Origin: an uncultured virus (IMG/VR IMGVR_UViG_3300044294_000547)
Lineage: Duplodnaviria > Heunggongvirae > Uroviricota > Caudoviricetes
Direction: 5' to 3' (one strand)
Virus record (IMG/VR): IMGVR_UViG_3300044294_000547
DNA length: 57,549 nt
This document shows positions 46,820-54,850 of this stretch, piece by piece. Positions within the stretch are counted from its first letter, which is position 1. Every line of letters begins with the position of its first letter. The position numbers were made by a program, and so were the translations under genes. Under the pieces are notes generated by a model. That model worked only from the letters and a program-made list of their open reading frames with translations, was not told where the DNA came from and ran no database searches.

Positions 46820-47559
46820 TTCGGTTTCCAGTGGTGTATTTCTAGGCTGCCATCGTGCGTCTCCCCGACCCACGAAGCATGTTCCACCCAGTCGCCGCAA
46901 TTGATGTAGGTGATTCCATCGATAATTCTCACCTCTGGATTGTGGATGTGCCCGCATATGACCCCGTCATAACCACGTCTTTTTGTGATCGAAGCCATGG
47001 CGTTTTCCCAGCCAGTCATCCAATTAACTGCTCTTTTCACCTTGCGCTTGACGAACTTACTTGCCGACCATGGCTTCATTCCGCAGAGCCTCCGAGCCCT
47101 GTTGAGAAACTTTGACACCACCACTAGCATGTCATAGGCATGGCTTCCGAACACCGCAAGCCATGGTGCTAGCCTCACGGACGCATCTATCATGTCACCG
47201 TGGGTGACAAGAAACCTCCTCCCATCTGCGCACAGGTGGACGGTTTCAAGGGGTATCAGGCTGATGCCCGCGAACTCATCCGCAAACTTCGCCCATTCGC
47301 GCATGAATTCGTCATGGTTTCCTGCCACCCAAAATGTCTTGCGCCCTTTACGTGCTGCCTTGAGAACCTTGATAATCGGTCGTGAATCTTCCACCCTCCA
47401 CCTCCACCTCCTGCGCAGGCGCCACCAATCAACGATGTCCCCCACGAGATAAATGGTTTCGGCATCAAGCGAATCGAGCCAGTCTGCTATTTGATCAACT
47501 TCAGCCCCGTCACTACCCAAATGCCAATCGCTTACGAAAACGGTTCTGAATTTGGGCAT
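46816..47559 (-). CDS. Metallophosphoesterase, PlcP/LpxH2 (UDP-2,3-diacylglucosamine hydrolase-like) family
   Basis: SDWHLG, LVGDIVD, GNHDE, VTHGD, CGHIH, NCGDWVE. Confidence 0.88.
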   Translation of the reverse strand: MPKFRTVFVSDWHLGSDGAEVDQIADWLDSLDAETIYLVGDIVDWWRLRRRWRWRVEDSRPIIKVLKAARKGRKTFWVAGNHDEFMREWAKFADEFAGISLIPLETVHLCADGRRFLVTHGDMIDASVRLAPWLAVFGSHAYDMLVVVSKFLNRARRLCGMKPWSASKFVKRKVKRAVNWMTGWENAMASITKRRGYDGVICGHIHNPEVRIIDGITYINCGDWVEHASWVGETHDGSLEIHHWKPK

Positions 47560-47563
47560 GTTA

Positions 47564-48367
47564 TCACATTGGGGTAATTTTCCAACCAGATGCAGTCTTC
47601 ACCCATTCGTGTGATTCCGCTGTTCTTCCGCCAAAAAGTCCTTTTAATCTACTGAAGAAACCTGGTTGACGGGCTCTATCTGTTTTGAGTTTAATACTAT
47701 CTGAATTATTGGTTTGTGCTTGGGGACAAGGCTCTCCGTGAATACTAACATACACGGACCCATCGTTGATGACATCATTTGCCAATCTTATCAAGTCTTT
47801 GTAGTTATTATTAAATTGACTTTTTATACGATTGAAATCGTATTCCTTCTCTGCTTTAACGGAGATAGACGGACCTATTCCATTGAATTCGTTATCAGTA
47901 CTGATAGGCCCTGTTTCTATGACAACGGTGCAATCATTCGTTTCTTCCCTGCGACTCCCTGCGGGGGTAGTGTTTTCTGCATAATCATAACCCTCTGTAG
48001 AGAAGCCGGAATCTGTTCTTTCTGACCAACTTGTTATACGAACGTTTCTACTAATCTCAATGTTTCCAGAGGAATAGTCATCGATTTTCATACCGTTTGT
48101 GCCGGGGCATGAGACAAGTGTTTGTTGTATGACCTTTTCATTTATTTTTTCTTTGGCAGCGGAGCCAAGATCTTTGATTTTGAATGTTTTAGAACCTTCT
48201 GTTTCTTGCCTGGTTCTTGTACTTTCTTCACCACCTGTTGAGGTAACGTTCTGATTGGGAGTGTGTTGTGCTGTTTTGGGTAGCCATCCTGCTACGTGTC
48301 CTATGCGAATCCATTGATCTTGGGTGATTTTGTTTTTCATGGCGTTTAAATCCATTTTCTTTTTCAT
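47564..48367 (-). CDS. Hypothetical protein with conserved Trp leader
   Basis: MKNKITQDQWIRIGHVAGWLPKTAQ; true start probably 48355 or 48340. Confidence 0.75.
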   Translation of the reverse strand: MKKKMDLNAMKNKITQDQWIRIGHVAGWLPKTAQHTPNQNVTSTGGEESTRTRQETEGSKTFKIKDLGSAAKEKINEKVIQQTLVSCPGTNGMKIDDYSSGNIEISRNVRITSWSERTDSGFSTEGYDYAENTTPAGSRREETNDCTVVIETGPISTDNEFNGIGPSISVKAEKEYDFNRIKSQFNNNYKDLIRLANDVINDGSVYVSIHGEPCPQAQTNNSDSIKLKTDRARQPGFFSRLKGLFGGRTAESHEWVKTASGWKITPM

Positions 48368-48545
48368 TTCTAAATTTATAAAACCTCTTATTTTACGAAC
48401 TACCTAGCATTGAGAACACTACACTGAAGACAAGAAAAAATGCCCTAGAAGCGAAATTAGGCAAAAAAGGTCAAGGATCTATTATATAACTTTGATAAAA
48501 ATAATAGTAGCATGTAGAAAAAACAATATGCCAAAAGAGTATCGA

Positions 48546-49889
48546 ATGCAATACAAATTATCTAAGAGCGAATGGCTAAGTATAGGCAGAAAGGCAAACT
48601 GGCTGAACAAGTTTTCATCCCGTAATCGTTCTGACGGTCTTGTCATTTTTGGTATTTCGGGTGATCTTGCTAAGAAGCAGATATTTTCTGCTCTTCACGG
48701 CTTATCTCGTGACGGAAAGTTAGACATGCCTGTGATTGGATTTGCCAAAGAGAGTCTATCTAAGAAACAGCTGATTGAAAGAATGCGTTCAAATATTGAG
48801 GGTGCAAAAGAGGAAATAATTAATTCTATTTCCGAGCGTTTTCAATACATAAGTGGGGACATAGAGAACCCGAAATCATTTGAGAGTCTGAAAAAATCCA
48901 TTCGTGGGTGCAAAAATCCGCTTATATATTTAGCAATACCTCCACAGGCATTTAAGCAGACGATAATTGGTCTCAGGAATTCAGGATGCAACCAGGGTGC
49001 AAGACTGATGATAGAAAAACCATTTGGAGAGGACAGGAAATCTGCTCGTGAGCTTAACGCGGTTGTTCATTCCGCATTTAACGAAGAGGATGTTTTCAGG
49101 GTGGATCATTTTCTAGGCAAGGACGGGGTGTGCAGTATTTTGGACATCCGTTTTGACGAACCTGATCTTGATCGTTTTTGGAACAGTAAAAACATACATT
49201 CTATTGAGATATCAATGATTGAGGATTTTGATATTCGCGGAAGAGGCGAGTTCTATGACAACACAGGTTGCATCAAAGATGTTGTTCAGAATCACCTGAT
49301 GCAGGTACTATGTTTTTTATGCATAGAGCCATACGAGGCAGGTGATTCTTTACGCGACAAGAAGGCAGAACTTCTTTCGGCTACGGAAGAGGTTAAACCT
49401 AATAATTTGGTTACTGGTCAGTTTACTGGGTATCTGAAAGAGCCTGGTGTTCGTTCGTCTTCGCAAACAGAAACATACGCGGCAATGAAATTGGCGATTA
49501 ACAATCCAAGATGGAGGGAAACTACATTCCACATCAGGTCTGGCAAGAGTATGCCGATGACGAGCACGGAAGTAGCTATAAGGATGCGCAGGATTCCAGA
49601 CATTAAATGGCCAAGCAATTGCAAAGTAGAGGATGGTTTATTGCGGATTCAACTTGAAACAGAGCAGAAGATTCCCACCTACGAGAAGCTTTTCAGCATG
49701 GCTATGGACGGTGATGCAACATTCTTCTCCCGAAAGGACGAAGTTGACCACCAGTGGAGAATATTTGATAAAGTTATAAAAGCAAAAAAAGAAACACCAA
49801 AATATCCATCAGGAACATGGGGTCCTGAATCTTCTAAGGTTGGACCGAAAGAAGGCTGGACTGAACCACTGAAATCCAAAAAAGACTGA
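48546..49889 (+). CDS. zwf: Glucose-6-phosphate 1-dehydrogenase with N-terminal phage leader
   Basis: GISGDLAKK, YLAIPP, IEKPFG, FRVDHFLGK, GRGEFYD, DVVQNHLMQ, RSGK; start 48546 (or 48528). Confidence 0.93.
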   Translation: MQYKLSKSEWLSIGRKANWLNKFSSRNRSDGLVIFGISGDLAKKQIFSALHGLSRDGKLDMPVIGFAKESLSKKQLIERMRSNIEGAKEEIINSISERFQYISGDIENPKSFESLKKSIRGCKNPLIYLAIPPQAFKQTIIGLRNSGCNQGARLMIEKPFGEDRKSARELNAVVHSAFNEEDVFRVDHFLGKDGVCSILDIRFDEPDLDRFWNSKNIHSIEISMIEDFDIRGRGEFYDNTGCIKDVVQNHLMQVLCFLCIEPYEAGDSLRDKKAELLSATEEVKPNNLVTGQFTGYLKEPGVRSSSQTETYAAMKLAINNPRWRETTFHIRSGKSMPMTSTEVAIRMRRIPDIKWPSNCKVEDGLLRIQLETEQKIPTYEKLFSMAMDGDATFFSRKDEVDHQWRIFDKVIKAKKETPKYPSGTWGPESSKVGPKEGWTEPLKSKKD

Positions 49890-49893
49890 ACAC

Positions 49894-50961
49894 ATGAAGA
49901 ACATATTTAACCTATCTAGGTCAAAAAATTTAAGATTTGCATCCCGAAAGCAAAAGGTACTGATCGTATCCATTCCAGGGATGATTGAGAAGAAAGACCT
50001 CAAGCCGATCAGCGACTTTGCGGACATGAAATTGGTGATATCTGATCCAGTATCTGAGGAGAAGTTAGCTCAGATGTGCCGTGGCTTCGACCACCTAATG
50101 CTCAACATGGATGTGGTGGAAAAGAAGGGTGACTTCAAACTCACCAAGTCATTCTATTCAAGCAGCGGAGCATCTGGCCTGAAGTCGATATGCGTTGACA
50201 TGACTGGGCTTGACTATTTCAGTCCCAATGAAGCATCTGCTGCTGGCGTGCAACTGTGTCATGTGGAGGACTATTCAACCAGAAGCGTTGCGGAAACCAT
50301 CCTGTGCGAGGTTCTCCTCCACTCTAGGAACAGGCATCTTGCCTACATGGATATGGTTGAAGGCGAAGATGCCGAGAACCGCAAGGGAACCAATCTGCTC
50401 AACAAGAGGGCGGGGATCGTGGGTTTTGGCAACATCGGCTCGGAGGTTGCACATCTCCTGCGTGGCGTGGGGATGGATATCGTCGGCTGGGACCATGTAC
50501 CCAAGCCCGGTCTAGAGATTACGCCACTCAAAACCCTGTTCTCTGAGTGCGATGTGATCTGCATCAGCATGAAGACAGTCAGCGAGGGTGAGGATAGAAA
50601 CCTGGGGATGATCAATGGAGAATTGCTAGGACGCTGCAGGGGTGCAATCATCGTCAATCTGGCCAATGGCAGGCTCGTAGATAACTCAGCCATGTCATCC
50701 GCAATCAGGAGCGGCAATGTGATCGGATATTCTGTCCAGAACGCAGACCTCAAGGACAACCCCTCTGACCTGAAGAAACTATCTGACCACAGATGCGTGC
50801 ACATCTGTGCAAATGATGCATGGGACTCCGACGAATCGCGCACCATCCTGAAGGAGCGATGGGTCGGCAACATGCTTGAAATGATTTCCTCGCCACGTGG
50901 ATCTGCAGAAAAACTGGTGAAGGCCAGCACGCGCCACCCCGTGCGTTTTAGGCATCCGTAG
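49894..50961 (+). CDS. D-isomer-specific 2-hydroxyacid dehydrogenase-like protein
   Basis: TGLDY, YSTRSVAE, GIVGFGNIG Rossmann motif; catalytic Arg and His appear substituted. Confidence 0.8.
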   Translation: MKNIFNLSRSKNLRFASRKQKVLIVSIPGMIEKKDLKPISDFADMKLVISDPVSEEKLAQMCRGFDHLMLNMDVVEKKGDFKLTKSFYSSSGASGLKSICVDMTGLDYFSPNEASAAGVQLCHVEDYSTRSVAETILCEVLLHSRNRHLAYMDMVEGEDAENRKGTNLLNKRAGIVGFGNIGSEVAHLLRGVGMDIVGWDHVPKPGLEITPLKTLFSECDVICISMKTVSEGEDRNLGMINGELLGRCRGAIIVNLANGRLVDNSAMSSAIRSGNVIGYSVQNADLKDNPSDLKKLSDHRCVHICANDAWDSDESRTILKERWVGNMLEMISSPRGSAEKLVKASTRHPVRFRHP

Positions 50962-50970
50962 AAGATTCAC

Positions 50971-51069
50971 ATGGATGAGGAAGAATTCAATACTGTTGCA
51001 GTCAAGTTCATCGCTGCAACAGCAAGTTTCGTTTTGGGGATGATCATCGCGCAGATGTTCGGCTTCTAG
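50971..51069 (+). CDS. Small single-TM peptide (32 aa)
   Basis: MDEEEFNTVAVKFIAATASFVLGMIIAQMFGF, 9 nt after the previous stop. Confidence 0.45.
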   Translation: MDEEEFNTVAVKFIAATASFVLGMIIAQMFGF

Positions 51070-51495
51070 GACGACAGCCTCAAAACTGTGTCTAGACCGT
51101 TCCTGAAAACCTACGGAAATCTAGAAAGCGTAAAAACGTCCCAAATCCCCTGTTCCATTCCTGCTTCATCGAAGTTGGTTTCACTTCCGGCAACAAACCG
51201 AAAGCCAAAGCCTTCCTCTCCACAGGCGTTTCACATCTCCGACAAATTGGCGGCGACATTCTCTAAATTAACACTCGCATTATAATTATGATCACGGTCA
51301 TGGTGGATACCGCAAGGACAAGTCCAATCGCGATCTGCGAGTGTCAAGTCCTCCTTTGTCCGCACCCTCTCCATCGCCTCATTTCTGAGATTTTCATTTG
51401 GCGAAAGCCCGACTCGGGTCTAGCCGTTGCCCAAACAAGATTATTTGGTCATATTCATGAGCAATTGATCAGTGCCACTGGCCGTCTCCGCCGTA

Positions 51496-51540
51496 ATTTT
51501 TTTTTGCAGACCCCCCTCTGGGGGCTGCAGAAATTTTTTA
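51496..51540. terminator. Hairpin between convergent operons, probable terminator
   Basis: tgcag-a-ccccc-ctct-ggggg-ctgca flanked by T/A runs. Confidence 0.55.
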
Positions 51541-51603
51541 GAAAAACAAATTTTCGGGGCACACAAAACGATCTTTGGTTTTTTTTGGGGGGGCAGCTCC
51601 CGT

Positions 51604-52596
51604 CTAGTCGAGCTCAATACTATGCTTTTCTAGCACATCTTTACACATCTGTTCAAAGATTTTATGTTCACAAGGATTCTTCCCCAGACGGAGAATCTCG
51701 TCATTCACAACTTTCTTGAAGGGTGTAAATTTATCATCTCCGTTGGACACAACTTTTCTCTCAAATTCTGGGTGTTTTATGTCCATATCGATAGGTTTTA
51801 CACCTGTTACCACCAGCGACCTTTTTGTTGCTTTGTAAGTGATGAAGAATGTTCCTGATGCTGTCATCTCTTCCCACCCAGTGTCGATCCCCTCCAGCCT
51901 ACCTTCCCATTCCCCCTCGATCACATATCGCCACTCACCAGTTTTTTCGTCGTATAAATTGTCGCTCGCCTCCATCGTCTTCCACTCGAGTTCTAAATAG
52001 TGGTCTTCGTCCAGTATTGGATAATTTTCTAACTTATTGCCCACCTCCTCCGCCTCCGCCAGTGCCCCCCTGTCGGACTCGTGGATGGCAAGCCACTCGA
52101 CCCAGCCGGCCGCCCAGTGACTCTCCCTCACCACCTGCACCGTCTCTGATTCTGGAATCCTCTCCAACTGCACGATCCAGTTAGATTCCTCCAAGATGTT
52201 CGAGTCGCGGCTGCGTCCGACGGGAGCCGCCCACCAGCCCTCCCAGCTCTCTCCGTAATAATTTCTTGGGGTTTTCCAGCGTTTCAGGTGCCTGAATTGT
52301 TTCTCCTGCGCACCATTGGTCTTTTCAGGGAATGCTAGGTGAAAAATGAGTCCAACAGTTTGTTGTGCGGCTTGGTAGTCAGGAACAAATTCATTGTATG
52401 AAATGGAACCCTCATCGGCGGCTTTTTTGAAAAGATTCCAAAGTTTCTCAGCCCGTTCACCGCTGTTTGGGGCTTTCATGATCTCTCGCAACTGCTCAAT
52501 GATTGACTCTGGGAGTGACCGAATCCATTCAACGTAAGGATTCACACCTTTCGTCTCTGCATGTTTGATGTTTTGAGCCTGTTTTAACCAGTTCAT
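51604..52596 (-). CDS. Hypothetical phage protein with MNWLKQAQ leader
   Basis: Central RSRDSNILEESNW...HWAAGWVEW...LENYPILDED domain. Confidence 0.75.
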   Translation of the reverse strand: MNWLKQAQNIKHAETKGVNPYVEWIRSLPESIIEQLREIMKAPNSGERAEKLWNLFKKAADEGSISYNEFVPDYQAAQQTVGLIFHLAFPEKTNGAQEKQFRHLKRWKTPRNYYGESWEGWWAAPVGRSRDSNILEESNWIVQLERIPESETVQVVRESHWAAGWVEWLAIHESDRGALAEAEEVGNKLENYPILDEDHYLELEWKTMEASDNLYDEKTGEWRYVIEGEWEGRLEGIDTGWEEMTASGTFFITYKATKRSLVVTGVKPIDMDIKHPEFERKVVSNGDDKFTPFKKVVNDEILRLGKNPCEHKIFEQMCKDVLEKHSIELD

Positions 52597-52667
52597 GGTG
52601 TTTTTGTCTTACTACTTGTAAGATACCTAACAGAAGAAACATATTAACATTACACATGAAAGCAGGC

Positions 52668-52964
52668 TCATGTCTCTGGGTTGCCGTCGATCTTGTCCTG
52701 AATCTTTAAAGAGTTGGGTTCCTTCTCCACGCAATCTATTGGTTTCTTGACAAGATTTCTCCACCCCCACAGTATCAAGAGGATTGCCAGTGGCGCATAC
52801 CAGAAGAGCCATCCGTAGGATGTCGAACTCCCCTGTGGGTCGTTGATTCTGTTTTTTATCTCCAACACCACTACATTGTCCTTTGTGTTGTCGGGTATGA
52901 TGATTGGGTTGCTGGAGCAGCCTGCCGCAAACAGAACCCATATGATGTGCGTGATTGATTTCAT
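52668..52964 (-). CDS. Lipoprotein with C-terminal TM helix (u-spanin-like)
   Basis: Lipobox FAAG-C then SS; C-terminal WLFWYAPLAILLILWGWR; directly after the holin-like gene. Confidence 0.6.
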   Translation of the reverse strand: MKSITHIIWVLFAAGCSSNPIIIPDNTKDNVVVLEIKNRINDPQGSSTSYGWLFWYAPLAILLILWGWRNLVKKPIDCVEKEPNSLKIQDKIDGNPET

Positions 52965-52975
52965 GGTTGTGCTCC

Positions 52976-53416
52976 CTATGATTTATTTACATTTGCCGCA
53001 GCGGTTCCGAAGTAGAAGCCGACGATGCTGAGGAGCACTTCGCGATTCTCTGATGTCCAAAAGAACCCATTGATCTCAACGAATGCCTTCTTGGCTGTTG
53101 CCGGGATCAGGCCGAAGAGTCCCTCTGGATTCTTCACATCAACCTCGACGAAAGTGGGCAACCCGAAGAACGGCAGGATGAACGGCGCTGCAAACGCCCC
53201 GAAAAGCACCGTCAGGACGATGATTTGACGCACCACCCTCCCTGCATCGAGTGGAACCCTCGATGCTGCCTTCTCCTGGTTCTCGGTTGTTTGTTTGTTC
53301 GCCTGGATCAGCTGGTTGAACATCTCCTTCTGATCAGCACTCTTCTGCGCCATGTATCTGAAGAGGAATCCCGTCAATCCGCCTCCAACCAGGCTTATCA
53401 GTTCAGGTGAAAACAT
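52976..53416 (-). CDS. Holin-like membrane protein
   Basis: GGAGG SD; N-terminal amphipathic/TM segment, central TM, C-terminal LSIVGFYFG. Confidence 0.55.
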   Translation of the reverse strand: MFSPELISLVGGGLTGFLFRYMAQKSADQKEMFNQLIQANKQTTENQEKAASRVPLDAGRVVRQIIVLTVLFGAFAAPFILPFFGLPTFVEVDVKNPEGLFGLIPATAKKAFVEINGFFWTSENREVLLSIVGFYFGTAAANVNKS

Positions 53417-53465
53417 CGTTATATACCTCCTGCACCCACCAGATGGATGGCTGGTGGCATCACCT

Positions 53466-53493
53466 TATTTCTCACAATCGGGTTAGGCACCTC
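53466..53493 (-). promoter_or_regulatory. Putative phage promoter GAGG-N17-AGAAATA
   Basis: Upstream of the holin-like operon; matches the recurring motif. Confidence 0.55.
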
Positions 53494-53677
53494 CTGCAAT
53501 AGTGATATCTACCTCTAGGTGTGCCACAGAGGTTGGTCTGACCCTTCACCAGCCCTCCTCATTCTGAACCCCGGCTGCGGCTCTGGGGTTGCACCGCCCA
53601 CAACCCCCACCCGAACACAAATCGTCCATCCCCCGGAAATTTGTGGACGAACATCGTCGGGTGGCCGACGGGGCATG

Positions 53678-54210
53678 TCACCCGTCTAGCTTTTGGTTCT
53701 TTAAAATACCCCACTGTGACGCCACAGCCGCAGCGATGCCAGGAAACGTGCGGGAGCGTTCTTTGCACCTGTCCGCGCTCAGAGGCAACTTCCACATTCG
53801 CTGTTCCCGCCCCTCCACGATGTTTGAAGGGCGCAACTTCGGGAGTCCTTTCAGCCACAGACAGGTTGCCCTCGTCTCGCCGTGCCGTGTTGCCAGGGCT
53901 GAATGATCTGATCTGGCTTTCTGATTTTTGAGCTTATCACGCTGACCGGTTTTTGAGCACGATGCGCGGGATTGGCGCGGACAGCAGGAGCCTCACGAAA
54001 TCTAGGGCTTCCGACTGCTCGCTCAACTTGTCCTTGAACCACCGCGCCCAGCTGACGGCTAGATGCGTGCATGGCGGGTGGGCAATCATAAAATCCCATC
54101 CCGAATCCATCACTTCTCGCACATCGCCCCGGTAGTGCTTTCTTGGCTTCTCGGTCGGCAGGAAGTCGCAGGACATCGAATTGTGACCCAGCGCGGTGAA
54201 AGCGTTCGCA
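53678..54210 (-). pseudogene. Degraded small phage DNA-cytosine methyltransferase (AHPPCTHL family)
   Basis: Three frames join into GHNSMSCD...WDFMIAHPPCTHLAVS...IPRIVLKN / PVSVISSKIRKPDQIIQPWQ / HGETRATCLWLKGLP...KERSRTFPGIAAAVASQWG; frameshifts near 53947 and 53885; the usual N-terminal motif I is missing. Confidence 0.85.
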
Positions 54211-54305
54211 AAATTGCAGAACAAGGTGATAGAGCACAACGTCCGGAAGCGGGGCGGTCGTCTTGCGTGGTTGTCATGGCCTTCTCTCCGGCCTCTAGAT
54301 GTGGC

Positions 54306-54809
54306 TCATGTCCGGGTTCGCACCAACATCAGCAGCCCATTATCGTGCATCCGGTGGCAGTGCCTGCACATGTTTGCAAGGTTCTCCCGGCAGTTGATCT
54401 TTGACACTGGGGCTTCGTCAGGGAAGTCTTTGATTGCCTGCAGGTGGCACAGGTCTGTCTGCCCCACAGCCCCACAGGCCTCGCACCTATCCCTGGGCAA
54501 CCCCCAGCGCTTCATCTGCCGTTTTGCATGCTGGCGGATCGCCTCGCCACGCTTGCTGCCCCAGGAGAGCGAAACGGCATATGCCTCCCCCTTTTTCATG
54601 ATGTCCATGGTTGACTCCCTGCAACTCTTGCACCGCTGTTCCTTCCTGGAGCCAATCCGCCTGGACAGGCGCTTCCCGCACCCCAAGCACAGGTTCTGCG
54701 GCTCGACAGGCCTCTTGGGACTCGTCCGATTGTTGACCTTTGCAGCACAGCTGCGTGAGCAGAAGCGTGGGTTGGCGGTGGAGGTGCCGCAGCAGATGCA
54801 TGTGTTCAT
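54306..54809 (-). CDS. HNH endonuclease with zinc-finger motifs
   Basis: CICCG..FCSRSC, CLGCG..CKSC, CEACG..DLCHLQAI..NCRENLANMCRHCHRMHD. Confidence 0.85.
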   Translation of the reverse strand: MNTCICCGTSTANPRFCSRSCAAKVNNRTSPKRPVEPQNLCLGCGKRLSRRIGSRKEQRCKSCRESTMDIMKKGEAYAVSLSWGSKRGEAIRQHAKRQMKRWGLPRDRCEACGAVGQTDLCHLQAIKDFPDEAPVSKINCRENLANMCRHCHRMHDNGLLMLVRTRT

Positions 54810-54850
54810 GGTGTGGAGATCATACGCGTTGATCTACTCCCCCGCAATCA

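Noticed and set aside
53559..53931. GC-rich stretch with several overlapping short ORFs as new genes or ncRNA
   Set aside because: Mostly explained by the frameshifted 3' half of the methyltransferase pseudogene
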